Assembly (NCBI GenBank): GCA_026417615.1
Contig: JAOACY010000104.1
Coordinates: 37,892-101,891, forward strand
DNA: 64,000 nt
Source: Clostridia bacterium
Lineage (GTDB): Bacteria; Bacillota; Clostridia; Acetivibrionales; JAFADI01
Direction of reading: 5' to 3'
Shown: positions 9,010-19,116 of the stretch, piece after piece
Numbering within the stretch: the stretch's first letter is position 1
Layout of the letters: the number at the start of each line of letters is the position of its first letter
Made by a program: the position numbers and the translations under genes
The notes under the pieces: generated by a model
What the model was told of the DNA's origin: nothing
Database searches by the model: none
Seen by the model: the letters and a program-made list of their open reading frames with translations, nothing else

Positions 9010-9804
9010 TCACTTTCCTCCAGTTTCAGCTGCCTTTTCATCCTCAAAATCAAGGAAGCTATCCTTGTTCCTGTACACGATAATTTCTGAAAACTGCCTT
9101 GATTGCTCCAGGATCACCTTTTTCATCCTGGAGAGTTCCAGAATGGCAAGAAAACCTGTTACAACCTCCGTCCTCGACTTCTTCTCAAGTGAAAACAAGT
9201 CCGAAAACCTGATGAAAACATTATTGAAAAGGTTCCTTAAAACCTCTCTCATTTTACTCTTTAATGAAACCTTTTCATGCTGTATAATTTGCGTAATACC
9301 GGTAACATTTCTGTTCATCTTCTTTTCATTTCGCTCCAGAATTCCAAGGTAAACGCTTCTAAGCTCGTCCGGCGAAAGCTCGAGCAGAACCTCCTCTTTA
9401 TCATATTCAATTGCTTCCGGCAGCTTGTACACTACCTTTTCCCAGTGCTTTTCCCGTTCCTTGAGAATTTCCGAGAATTCCTTGAATCTTTTATATTCAA
9501 CAAGCTTTAAAATCAGCTCTTCTCTTGGGTCTACCTCATCCTCCTGCTTTTCCTTCCTGTCGGGGAGCAGCATTCTGGATTTTATATGAAGCAGTGTGGC
9601 AGCCATAACCAGAAATTCGCTGGCAATCTCAAGATCCATTTGCTGCATGGCGAAAAGAAAGTCCATATACTGATCGGTTATCTCATTTATAGGAATATCA
9701 TATATATTCAGCTGATTCTTTTCGATCAGGTGAAACAGAAGGTCAAAGGGACCCTCGAAATTCTGTATTTTAATGGTACAGGCTTTTGTCAAAGCACTTT
9801 CCAA
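9010..9804 (-). CDS. scpA: Segregation/condensation protein A
   Basis: Motifs FEGPFDLL.HLI, SEFLVMAATLLHIKSRMLLP and FLAILEL. Confidence 0.95.
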   Translation of the reverse strand: MESALTKACTIKIQNFEGPFDLLFHLIEKNQLNIYDIPINEITDQYMDFLFAMQQMDLEIASEFLVMAATLLHIKSRMLLPDRKEKQEDEVDPREELILKLVEYKRFKEFSEILKEREKHWEKVVYKLPEAIEYDKEEVLLELSPDELRSVYLGILERNEKKMNRNVTGITQIIQHEKVSLKSKMREVLRNLFNNVFIRFSDLFSLEKKSRTEVVTGFLAILELSRMKKVILEQSRQFSEIIVYRNKDSFLDFEDEKAAETGGK

Positions 9805-9822
9805 TGCATTCCGACCCCTTAC

Positions 9823-10809
9823 CTACCAGTCTATTTTCATAGCCTTTCTGACTTCTTCCATGGTTTTCGCGGCTGCTTTGCAGGCTTCCTCACCGCCGTG
9901 GTTGATTATTTCTCTTAACAGCTCAGGCTTCTTCATGTACTCTTGTCTTCTTTCATAAATAGGAGCCATATATTCAGTCATCTTGCCAGCCAGATTTTTT
10001 TTGCATGCCACACAGCCTATTTTTCCGTCTCTGCAGCTTTCCTCTATTTCAGCCACTTCTCCTTCATTGAATACCTTGTGAAATGCAAAAACCGCACAGA
10101 CTTCCGGGTGTCCCGGGTCATCCTTCTTTATCCTTGCAGGGTCGGTAATCATCTGACTTACCTTTTTTCTTATTTCATCCGGGCTGTCTGAAAGAGCAAT
10201 TGTGTTTTGGTAGCTCTTGCTCATTTTTCTTCCGTCAATACCCGGCAAAACCTTCGCCTTTGTGAGTTTTGGCTGGGGTTCCGGGAAAATTTCTCCGTAC
10301 AGGAAGTTAAAGCGTCGCGCTATCTCTCTGGTAAGCTCCAAATGAGGGAGCTGGTCCTCTCCCACAGGAACTGCATCAGCTTTATAAACAAGTATGTCAG
10401 CAGCCTGCAAGCATGGGTAGCCTAAAAACCCGTATGTGGTAATATTCCTGTCTTTCATTTGTGCCAGCTGGTCCTTATAAGTCGGGCATCGTGTCAGCCA
10501 GGACAGAGGGGTTATCATGGAAAACAGGAGGTGCAGCTCTGCGTGCTCCTTTACATGGGACTGGAGGAATATTTTGCATTTTTCCGGATCCAGGCCAGCG
10601 CTCAGCCAATCTATAATCATTTCATTTATATTGTTTTTTATATCCGAGGTATCCTCATAACCGGTTGTAAGGGCGTGCCAGTCAACTATAGTAAAAAAGC
10701 AGTTGTATTCATCCTGCAGCTTAACCCAGTTTTCCAGAGCTCCGAAATAATTCCCCAGATGCAGGGAACCTGTAGGTCTCATGCCGCTCAAAATTGTTCC
10801 TTTTTTCAT
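9823..10809 (-). CDS. trpS: Tryptophanyl-tRNA synthetase
   Basis: Motifs SGMRPTG.LHLGNY, YPCLQAADIL, VPVGEDQ and KMSKS. Confidence 0.96.
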   Translation of the reverse strand: MKKGTILSGMRPTGSLHLGNYFGALENWVKLQDEYNCFFTIVDWHALTTGYEDTSDIKNNINEMIIDWLSAGLDPEKCKIFLQSHVKEHAELHLLFSMITPLSWLTRCPTYKDQLAQMKDRNITTYGFLGYPCLQAADILVYKADAVPVGEDQLPHLELTREIARRFNFLYGEIFPEPQPKLTKAKVLPGIDGRKMSKSYQNTIALSDSPDEIRKKVSQMITDPARIKKDDPGHPEVCAVFAFHKVFNEGEVAEIEESCRDGKIGCVACKKNLAGKMTEYMAPIYERRQEYMKKPELLREIINHGGEEACKAAAKTMEEVRKAMKIDW

Positions 10810-11005
10810 TGGTCTTTCACTCTCCTGTCAACATTTGATTAAACCAACCTTAAATAATAATAGCACATACATTTTGACATGTAAACTTTCATGAGGAATA
10901 AACAATAAATGCTTGAAATGTAGAATGAAGCAAAGACATATCCTAGACAACAACTTATTCATCTGATAAAATTTTGATTAACTTACAATGACAGGAGCTT
11001 AATAT

Positions 11006-11644
11006 ATGTTTGGTCGAGATATTACGGAAATATTGCTTACATTGCCCGGTATAATCATCGGTTTGGCTTTTCATGAATTTGCCCATGCAGCCATGTCTGA
11101 CAGGCTGGGAGACCCGACCCCCCGCAATATGGGGAGGCTTACTCTTTCGCCCTTGCCCCACATTGATCCTATCGGGCTTTTGCTTATAGTTCTGGCAGGC
11201 TTTGGCTGGGCACGACCTGTTCAGGTGAACCCAAGGTACTATAAGAATCCTAGAAGAGATGAAATTCTTGTGTCGGCTGCAGGCCCCATTATGAATCTTT
11301 TAATCGCTGTGTTATTCGGTATTGTTTTAAAGGCATTTTTAACCTTCGGAGTTCTCGAAAGCCTGAATAACAGCATGGGAAGAAATTTATACCTCATTAT
11401 GTATTACACCATATGGATAAATGTAATATTGATGATTTTCAACCTGCTGCCCCTGCCTCCCCTTGACGGCTCCCACATCCTTGCAAATATACTGCCCTAC
11501 CGCTATCTCGGAATAATATACAAGCTGGAGCAGTACAGCAATATTATTTTAATATTGCTTATTGTAACAAAAATAACCAGATATATCGTTGGTATACCGG
11601 CAGGAATTGTCATGACGGGTTTGAAGCTTCTTATAGGCTTTTAA
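11006..11644 (+). CDS. Site-2 protease family (M50) membrane metalloprotease
   Basis: HEFAH, LGDPTP..GRLTL, GWARPV and FNLLPLPPLDG motifs. Confidence 0.92.
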   Translation: MFGRDITEILLTLPGIIIGLAFHEFAHAAMSDRLGDPTPRNMGRLTLSPLPHIDPIGLLLIVLAGFGWARPVQVNPRYYKNPRRDEILVSAAGPIMNLLIAVLFGIVLKAFLTFGVLESLNNSMGRNLYLIMYYTIWINVILMIFNLLPLPPLDGSHILANILPYRYLGIIYKLEQYSNIILILLIVTKITRYIVGIPAGIVMTGLKLLIGF

Positions 11645-11685
11645 AAAAAGCAGCAGCTGAACTTAATTTCAGCTGCTGCTTTTTT
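11645..11685. terminator. Bidirectional intrinsic terminator between convergent M50 gene and lysA
   Basis: AAAAAAGCAGCAGCTGAA-cttaat-TTCAGCTGCTGCTTTTTT. Confidence 0.9.
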
Positions 11686-11696
11686 GAGGCATGATT

Positions 11697-13010
11697 TTAT
11701 AAATCCTCCGGCATTATGTCATTTCTTATGATATCCTCATACGTTTCCCTTTTTACAATAACTCTTGCAGTACCATCTTTTACAAGTATGACGGGAGGTC
11801 TCGGTATTCTGTTGTAGTTGCTGGACATTGAGTAGTTGTATGCCCCTGTTGCAAGAACAGCAAGAATGTCCCCTGATTTCATTTCCGGCATGGTGATATC
11901 CTTAATCAGCAAATCTCCTGATTCACAGCACTTACCGGCAATAGTAACCGTATCGCATCTTACGGCATCAGGCCTGTTTGCAATGACAGCATCGTAAGGT
12001 GACTGGTATAATGCATATCTTGGGTTGTCTGTCATCCCGCCATCAACAGAAACATATTTTCTTACATTCTTAATATCCTTCACCGCACCGATGGTGTACA
12101 ACGTAATACCTGCGGAAGCCACAATAGATCTGCCGGGTTCCATCACAATAAACGGAAGCTTTATTTTCCTGTCCTCACAAAGGCTTTTTACAACCTTTGA
12201 AACTGACTCAATGTAATGGTCATACTCAATAGGATCATGCTCGTTGATATATTTTATTCCAAAGCCTCCGCCCAGATTCAGCTCATCTATCTCGATACCC
12301 AGTTCATTCTTCAGCTTTGATATGAACTCAATCATAACCTTCGCCGCAAGCTCAAATGGAGCAAGGTCGAAAATCTGGGAACCGATGTGGCAGTGTACCC
12401 CGATAACCTTAACATTTTTTAATGAGGCTGCGTATTTGACAATTTCAAAAGCTTCACCATTTTCAAGGGCTACTCCGAATTTGGAATCAATCTGACCTGT
12501 CTGGATAAAATCATGGGTATGGGCATCAATACCAGGCTTTATTCTAAAAGAAATATTTACAACCTTGCCCTTTTGTGCGGCAATATCATTGATTCTGTCA
12601 AGCTCTTCCCTGTTGTCTACTACGAATCTTCTTATATTGTTGTCTATGCCCATGTTTATTTCATCCAAGGTTTTGTTGTTTCCGTGAAAATAAACCCTGT
12701 CCATGGGGAAGCCTGCTTTGATTGCCGTGTATAGCTCCCCGCCTGACACAACATCAAGCCCAAGACCTTCCTGCTGTGCAATTCTGCAAATCGCCATGGT
12801 GCAGAAGGCTTTGCTGGCAAAAAGCACCAATCCATTGCCGTTATAATAATTATCCATGGCATTCTTATATGTTCTGCAATTTTTTCTTATCAAGCCTTCA
12901 TCCATTACATAAAGGGGAGTTCCGTATTCCTTTGCCAGTTCAACACAATCGCAGCCCCCTATTTCAAGATGTCCCTGGCTGTTTATTTTTAGAGCTTCAG
13001 ATACAAACAC
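11697..13010 (-). CDS. lysA: Diaminopimelate decarboxylase
   Basis: Motifs YGTPLYV, ASKAF, DVVSGGEL, HCHIGSQI, EPGRSIV, CESGD and GAYNYSMSSNYN. Confidence 0.95.
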   Translation of the reverse strand: MFVSEALKINSQGHLEIGGCDCVELAKEYGTPLYVMDEGLIRKNCRTYKNAMDNYYNGNGLVLFASKAFCTMAICRIAQQEGLGLDVVSGGELYTAIKAGFPMDRVYFHGNNKTLDEINMGIDNNIRRFVVDNREELDRINDIAAQKGKVVNISFRIKPGIDAHTHDFIQTGQIDSKFGVALENGEAFEIVKYAASLKNVKVIGVHCHIGSQIFDLAPFELAAKVMIEFISKLKNELGIEIDELNLGGGFGIKYINEHDPIEYDHYIESVSKVVKSLCEDRKIKLPFIVMEPGRSIVASAGITLYTIGAVKDIKNVRKYVSVDGGMTDNPRYALYQSPYDAVIANRPDAVRCDTVTIAGKCCESGDLLIKDITMPEMKSGDILAVLATGAYNYSMSSNYNRIPRPPVILVKDGTARVIVKRETYEDIIRNDIMPEDL

Positions 13011-13199
13011 CTTTAATCACCTTCCTAACTATTTGACAAATAACATAAGCTCTTGTTTGACTTTAATTATGGTAACATTTATAAATGCAGGAGTCAAGAA
13101 GGAATCCTTCATTTTCCACGGTAAAATCACGAATAGTCATCTTGAATAAAATTCCCGTCAGAAATTTAAAAAAAGCACCGTTGCGGTGTATTATAAGGA

Positions 13200-13964
13200 T
13201 TATTTGAGAGCGTTCATCCGAACAATGTCTTCAAAGAATTCTGCAGGAGTGGTGTAGATTGGCTCAGGCAAGGCAAACTTCTCCATAAAATACTTATTCA
13301 GATGATATGCAAAGACCGGTTCTCTTGCACCAAGCGTTTCCTTTCTCGAAAGAAATTCCTTTAATATTCCATACTCATAGTTGGTTACCGGATAGATATT
13401 CACTGACCTTTCAAGGTCTTCCCCTGCCGAAGCCTTTTTAAGCAAATTTTCAAGGCTCACAGGCTGCTCGTTTCTTCTAATCTTGACAACTACGGTATTT
13501 GCCGCAAAATCACCAATTCTCTTGTAGTTTTTTGAAAACAGTATAAAAGCCGCGCCAAGCAAGTTCAAGGAGGGTAAAAAATCGGCGATTCTAAGTATAT
13601 TTCTTAATAATGATTCCCAAAACCCCACAGGCTCTCCGTTTTGCTTAATCACCCTGAGCCTGGCTGCCTTTTTTCCGGGAGTCTGGCCATTTAGCAGCAG
13701 CTCAAAAAGAATGTGGTATCCGAAGAATACAAAGAAAATCAGAAGTATGCCTACAGCAACAAGCCACAGGTTAAAGTACTCAAAGCTTTCTAAATCTATT
13801 CTTCCGGCAATGATTCCAACCGCAACCAGAGCAATTACCCCAAGCTGTATCAGAGTATCGATGAAAAACGCGATAAACCTTGAGCCTAAACCTGCCAATT
13901 CGTATTCAACATAAACATTTTCCGGAGTAAGTATATCGATGATTTTCCTCATTATTACCACCAA
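13200..13964 (-). CDS. RDD family membrane protein
   Basis: Motifs TPENV...LAGLGSRF.A..ID, GQTPGK and RIGD.AANT.V. Confidence 0.88.
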   Translation of the reverse strand: MVVIMRKIIDILTPENVYVEYELAGLGSRFIAFFIDTLIQLGVIALVAVGIIAGRIDLESFEYFNLWLVAVGILLIFFVFFGYHILFELLLNGQTPGKKAARLRVIKQNGEPVGFWESLLRNILRIADFLPSLNLLGAAFILFSKNYKRIGDFAANTVVVKIRRNEQPVSLENLLKKASAGEDLERSVNIYPVTNYEYGILKEFLSRKETLGAREPVFAYHLNKYFMEKFALPEPIYTTPAEFFEDIVRMNALK

Positions 13965-14059
13965 ATATAAAGTATTTTTTTTATTGTATCAGAAATTCAT
14001 TTTTGTTAAAATAGTTTTTGTATATTTACTTAAAGATGTATAATCGTGGGAGAAAATTA

Positions 14060-15016
14060 ATGAAGGAAGATAAGTTTATAAAGGAAAACCAAAGGGTTTG
14101 GATCCAACTTGAAGACACCTTGAAAAAATTGAAATCAAAGGGTATAAAAAGCTTTGAAAGCAGTGATTTTGAGCTATTGCTGACTAATTACAACAAAGCC
14201 TGCGGACATCTTTCATACAGTCGAACCTACTACGGCAATTCCGACACAACCAGCTATCTGAACAGGCTTGTTGCAGCTGCCCACAGCTATATTTACACAA
14301 CTGAAACCTCTACCGTAAAAAAGCTCAAGGACTTTTTCCTTATTGACTTTCCTTCATTAATAAGAAAGAACTCATTTTTTGTTGCTCTCTCCGCAGGTTT
14401 ATTTTTTCTTGGTATACTGTTAAGCTTCATCTTTACTTTAATTTCTGCGGAGAATGCTGCCGCCTTCATTCCTCAGCATATACTTGACAGTGTCAGCTTT
14501 GAAGGCAGTTCTTCTTCATGGAAAGGTCCTGTTGAATCTACGTTTATTTTAACAAACAATATCAGAGTAGGCTTTTCCGCCTTTGCCATGGGTATTACTC
14601 TCGGCATCGGCACCGTATATGTGCTGGTTTACAACGGGTTCATGCTGGGAACCCTTGCAGCGCTGGCTTTAATAAAGGGTGTGAATATAAAATTCTGGTC
14701 CATGATACTTCCGCATGGTGTGATTGAACTATTTGCCATATTTGTTTGCGGCGCAGCAGGATTAATAATAGGCTATTCCCTCATTAATCCGGGAAATTTC
14801 TCGAGAAAAGACAGCCTTATAATTAAAGGAAGGACAGCCATAAAGCTGGTATGCGGCACCATACCGCTTTTTACGGTCGCCGGCTTCATTGAAGGCTTCC
14901 TCACTCCATCTGGCCTTTCACAAAGCATAAAGCTCGGCTTCGCCCTCTTTACCCTGCTCCTGCTTTTTTTATATATGTTCTGGCCCCTGATCCCTCTAGC
15001 TTCCAGAAACAAATAA
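14060..15016 (+). CDS. SpoIIM-like (DUF95) membrane protein of MoxR clusters
   Basis: Motifs F..ENQ..W..LE, LS..RTYY, ILTNNI.V.F, NG.MLG, ILPHGVIEL and AGFIEGFLTP. Confidence 0.85.
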   Translation: MKEDKFIKENQRVWIQLEDTLKKLKSKGIKSFESSDFELLLTNYNKACGHLSYSRTYYGNSDTTSYLNRLVAAAHSYIYTTETSTVKKLKDFFLIDFPSLIRKNSFFVALSAGLFFLGILLSFIFTLISAENAAAFIPQHILDSVSFEGSSSSWKGPVESTFILTNNIRVGFSAFAMGITLGIGTVYVLVYNGFMLGTLAALALIKGVNIKFWSMILPHGVIELFAIFVCGAAGLIIGYSLINPGNFSRKDSLIIKGRTAIKLVCGTIPLFTVAGFIEGFLTPSGLSQSIKLGFALFTLLLLFLYMFWPLIPLASRNK

Positions 15017-15034
15017 CTCTTCATTCTTCTTTGC

Positions 15035-16339
15035 TTAAACAGTTGTTTTCATCGAAAGGTACTTGTTCAGCACCTCAATAGAAAGCTTATCCGGAGGTGC
15101 ATCAATGGCGGCAACACCTGACTCCGTAAGGGTCCTTCTTACCTTTTCCCTTTCTTCATGGAATCTTATCGCTGCTGTTTTGATAAAAACATCCTCTAAT
15201 TCTGCAACATCCGATTCAGCCTTTTCTTCTATTCTTGTATCGTTTATGGTGATAACCACAGGCATATGGTTCTTAGCGTGTGATTTGAGTGTGACAGCGA
15301 GATTTAATGCCTCTTCTGAATTAAAAAGCTCCGTAAAAATTAATAAAAGGCTTCTTCGTTTATGGTTCTGGTTCAAGTAAGTCAAAGCAGCCTTGTAATC
15401 AGCTGTTACCATGTTCTCTTGCACATTGTAAAGGTTTTCTGCAATCAGCTGGAAATGTGCCATACCCTTTCCGGGCTTGATGTATCTTTTTACGCTGCTG
15501 TCAAAGACCAAAAGTCCTATATTGTCGCCTTTCCTAATAGCAAAATCAGCAAAAAGGAAGGATGAGTTTATTGCATAGTCCAGCTTCTTAATAAAGTTTA
15601 TTTCTGAATTCATAACGCGGCTGGCATCTAAGAGAATAAAAATCTGCTGATTTCTCTCCGGCTCATAGGTATTGACAATAAGCTTATGTGCCCTGGCAGT
15701 GGCAAGCCAGTTTATTTTCCTGTAATCGTCACCTTCAGTGTACTCCCTTAGGCTCTCGAATTCAGTTCCCATACCATATGTCTTTACCTTCTTTACCCCC
15801 TGGATAAGCTGGCTTTTTTTCAATGCTGAGAGTGTATACCGTCTCAAATCCCTTATGTTTGGATAAACTTTGTAATCCCTGCCAGCGGCAAAGCTGCCTG
15901 ACTTTGAGCACAGCCCAAGAACCCCGTCGTAACGGCAGAATATTGAACCAAAGCTGAATTGTCCGCGTTTTTGGGGAACAACAGCATAAATTCCGATGCT
16001 TTCATGGTGAGGTACAAGCTGTATTTTAAGCAAAACATCCTCATGCTTGAAACAGTTTGGGACAGTATCTCTAAATTCAGCCTTCAACAAGTATCTGCTG
16101 GAATTTCTTACTTTAATGGCAACCATATTTTCAGCACCAAGAGAAAATTTCTCCTCACACTGCCTTGAAACCTCAAAATTACGAGGTCCCGGCGTAAGAA
16201 AAAAATCCAGAATCAAAAGCAATAATATAGTTGAATTATATATAATAAAAATGTGGAAGGCCCATCCCATTAGAGAGCCAATGACCAATGGCGCCACTCC
16301 TGCCAGAACCAGCAAAGCAAATCTTTTACTAAACGGCAT
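15035..16339 (-). CDS. DUF58 (vWA-like) protein
   Basis: Motifs KRG.F.FG, VYPN, GTEFESLREY.EGDDYRKINWLATAR and LDASR.M. Confidence 0.9.
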   Translation of the reverse strand: MPFSKRFALLVLAGVAPLVIGSLMGWAFHIFIIYNSTILLLLILDFFLTPGPRNFEVSRQCEEKFSLGAENMVAIKVRNSSRYLLKAEFRDTVPNCFKHEDVLLKIQLVPHHESIGIYAVVPQKRGQFSFGSIFCRYDGVLGLCSKSGSFAAGRDYKVYPNIRDLRRYTLSALKKSQLIQGVKKVKTYGMGTEFESLREYTEGDDYRKINWLATARAHKLIVNTYEPERNQQIFILLDASRVMNSEINFIKKLDYAINSSFLFADFAIRKGDNIGLLVFDSSVKRYIKPGKGMAHFQLIAENLYNVQENMVTADYKAALTYLNQNHKRRSLLLIFTELFNSEEALNLAVTLKSHAKNHMPVVITINDTRIEEKAESDVAELEDVFIKTAAIRFHEEREKVRRTLTESGVAAIDAPPDKLSIEVLNKYLSMKTTV

Positions 16340-16361
16340 TCCTTTAATAAACCTCCAGCCT

Positions 16362-17333
16362 CTATCTGGGTACTTCTACCTTGTTCAATATGCTTCTTGC
16401 AACATCATCTGTCTTTAGTCCGTCTATTCCTGCCTCAGGCTTTAATACAATACGATGCCTCAAAACCGGTATGGCAATATCCTTAACATCATCAGGAGTT
16501 ACAAAGCTCCTGCCCTGCATGGCGGCAAAGGTCTTTGCAGCAAGCAGCAAAGATATTGAAGCCCTGGGACTGGCTCCAAGTATGAGGCTTGGAGAATTCC
16601 TGGTGGCTCTTGTTATTGACGTTATATAATTTATTATTCCGCTTTCAACCTGAACAGCTTGAATCTCCTGCCGGCACCTCTTGATATCCTCAAAGCTGCA
16701 GACCGGAGAAATTTTTTCGTTTTCAAGATTATAGCTGCTAAAGCCTGAGTTGTATTTTACAAGCAGCATATTTTCGAATTTCTGAGGTATATAATCAACA
16801 ACCAGCTTCATCATAAACCTGTCAAGCTGTGCTTCGGGAAGAGGGTATGTACCCTCGTATTCCACAGGATTCTGAGTGGCAAGCACCATAAAGGGCTCTT
16901 GAAGGCTGTGGGTTTCACCGTCAATAGTTATTGCTCTCTCCTCCATAGCCTCTAAAAGCGCAGCCTGTGTTTTAGGCGGGGTTCTGTTTATTTCATCAGC
17001 CAGAAATATATTCGTAAATAAAGGGCCTTTTTTAAGATAGAAGCTTCCGCTCTTGGCATCGAAAACCTTTGTGCCTGTAATATCGGCAGGCATAAGATCA
17101 GGCGTGAACTGAACTCTTTTGAACTCCGAGCGTACGGTTTTTGCCATAACCTTGGCTGCCAGAGTTTTCGCCAATCCCGGAACCCCCTCAATCAGAGCAT
17201 GTCCTCCTGCAAGCATAACCACCACCATCTGTTCGATAAACTCATATTGTCCTATGACTATTTTTGAGACCTCGTCTATCACAGCTTTAGCTTTTTCCTG
17301 TGTAAATTCACAGCATTTCATTTGTTCCATCAC
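16362..17333 (-). CDS. moxR: MoxR-family AAA+ ATPase
   Basis: Motifs GHALIEGVPGLAKT, QFTPDLMPADI.G, DEINRTPPKTQAALLEAM, ATQNPVEYEGTYPLPEAQLDRF and GASPRA. Confidence 0.95.
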   Translation of the reverse strand: MMEQMKCCEFTQEKAKAVIDEVSKIVIGQYEFIEQMVVVMLAGGHALIEGVPGLAKTLAAKVMAKTVRSEFKRVQFTPDLMPADITGTKVFDAKSGSFYLKKGPLFTNIFLADEINRTPPKTQAALLEAMEERAITIDGETHSLQEPFMVLATQNPVEYEGTYPLPEAQLDRFMMKLVVDYIPQKFENMLLVKYNSGFSSYNLENEKISPVCSFEDIKRCRQEIQAVQVESGIINYITSITRATRNSPSLILGASPRASISLLLAAKTFAAMQGRSFVTPDDVKDIAIPVLRHRIVLKPEAGIDGLKTDDVARSILNKVEVPR

Positions 17334-18340
17334 TTAATCTCCTTTCGTATGTTTTCCAGAGCTGTTACGAGCCTTAATAACTCTTTCCCTTTTATTCCAT
17401 TATTTAAAATATAGTCCTCGCATTTCTTTAGTGTATATGCGGTATTCATTGATTCCAGCATTTTATTTCCCCTCAAATGCAAAATCAGTTCGCTTAAATT
17501 GCGTGTATGCCCAAGTCCAAGGTATTTGGAAAGCTGCTTTGTAAAATACCCTAAATAGCAGTCAAGGACCAGACGGTAGGACTTTGCTTTTATGTACATG
17601 CGTGACAGCGCATATAGATTCTCATTTTCCTTCCTTTTGACTATTTCCAATACCTGTACCGGTTTGCCAAGCCTACGTGATTTAATATGCATGAAAACAG
17701 CAACCGCTGCCAATGACTGGAACAGCACCAGAAGCCCTGTCTGCCCGAGAATGTCCCAAAGAGTAATTCCAGTTGTCCCTTGATTATGGTAGTATTCGTT
17801 GAAAAAAACAGTTTTATTGCCGGCATAATCAAGAACACGGATAAACTCAACCGAAGGGTCTATTGCTTTAAGCCCCTTGTTTGTAAAGTCTGCGGCGCCG
17901 TCTGAATATATAAGCTTACCCTTTCCCCAGGTGTAAACACTTACAGGTCTGCCCGCATCCAAATCTTCAACATGCTTTAAATCAAAATTCTCAAGTCTTA
18001 AATCACTCAAATTTCCAGCATCATGCAGAAGAATCAGTGTATTGCCTCTTTCCACCCAGGATTTAAGGTGCTTGATTTCCAGTTCGTTACCAAATCTTTT
18101 CAACTCAGGCTTTATAATCACATGGGTAACACCGTCAGGCAGGAACCTGGCCGGTCTTTCATACCTCACAGCATCAAATCCCATCTGTCCGGCAACAAGG
18201 TAAAGTGCTTTCAAACCCTGCGGCTTGCTGCTGTAGGTTGAATAGTCAGGATACTTTTCCTTTACCCTTCCTCCGTAGACATAAAGCCCAACAAGCATCA
18301 GAAACAGTATGCACGTTGAATATATAATCAGCTTCTTCAT
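17330..18340 (-). CDS. DUF4350 domain membrane protein
   Basis: N-terminal TM, 'STYS..P.G.KALY', 'FFNEYYH', TM followed by RRLG.P; coupled to moxR. Confidence 0.75.
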   Translation of the reverse strand: MKKLIIYSTCILFLMLVGLYVYGGRVKEKYPDYSTYSSKPQGLKALYLVAGQMGFDAVRYERPARFLPDGVTHVIIKPELKRFGNELEIKHLKSWVERGNTLILLHDAGNLSDLRLENFDLKHVEDLDAGRPVSVYTWGKGKLIYSDGAADFTNKGLKAIDPSVEFIRVLDYAGNKTVFFNEYYHNQGTTGITLWDILGQTGLLVLFQSLAAVAVFMHIKSRRLGKPVQVLEIVKRKENENLYALSRMYIKAKSYRLVLDCYLGYFTKQLSKYLGLGHTRNLSELILHLRGNKMLESMNTAYTLKKCEDYILNNGIKGKELLRLVTALENIRKEIK

Positions 18341-19116
18341 TTTTCAAGCCCCCTCGACAGAAGGTCATAATTCCGCTTCCAAAGCTCAAACCTTTCTCTT
18401 GCTGCAGGCTTGTTCCCATACCAGAACATATTGAAATCGTAAGTAAATTCCAGAATTAATTGAATTTTTTCAGGCAGCTTGTCCCTTATCTCATTTACAT
18501 ATTGCCTGTTTGTCTTCGACTTGTCAATTTTAATTATTTCGAACTCATTCAACTTAAGAAGCAGTGCGATATATAGAAATCTTATTCCTTGCCTGAAATC
18601 TCCATTGCTGCCGTATTCCAGCGCCTTTTGAAGCATAACGTCCGAGTCCGCAAGACTCAAAAGAAGGTCTGCATCCTCTCTTTCTCGCACATTCCCGGAT
18701 CTTCTGAAATTTCTTGCAGAAATATAGATAACCAGAAACAAAATGACTGCTACAAAAGCAATTCCAAAAGCCTTAAAAACACCGTTCAATGCAGCTCCCA
18801 ATCCGTCGTCAATTGGAGCAATCTTTGCTTCAGACGGAATAAGCTTTGATAAAAGCTGCTTAATCCTTTCCCATATACCGTCAACAAAATCTTTTAAACC
18901 CCTTGCAATATTGACCAAGACTTCGGATTCATTTTCCCTGGCAGCAAACTCCCTTGAATTTATAACACGTTCAGTTCTTGCCCTAACTTCCTTGTCTCTT
19001 GAACTGTCGGTTCCATCAGCCGCGAATGTATAAATTATTATCTGAGAAAGCAGGAATACCGTCAGGATAATTACAACTAATTTTATACACCTATAACTAC
19101 TACTGTAAAAGTCCAT
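18337..19116 (-). CDS. DUF4129 domain membrane protein
   Basis: C-terminal G.FR..IR.LY...L..L......KTN.QY..E...F...WYG pattern. Confidence 0.8.
   Translation of the reverse strand: MDFYSSSYRCIKLVVIILTVFLLSQIIIYTFAADGTDSSRDKEVRARTERVINSREFAARENESEVLVNIARGLKDFVDGIWERIKQLLSKLIPSEAKIAPIDDGLGAALNGVFKAFGIAFVAVILFLVIYISARNFRRSGNVREREDADLLLSLADSDVMLQKALEYGSNGDFRQGIRFLYIALLLKLNEFEIIKIDKSKTNRQYVNEIRDKLPEKIQLILEFTYDFNMFWYGNKPAARERFELWKRNYDLLSRGLEK

Noticed and set aside
10810-13199. Expected T-box before trpS and lysine riboswitch before lysA
   Set aside because: No T-box (GGTGGNACC) or L-box signature in these short AT-rich leaders.
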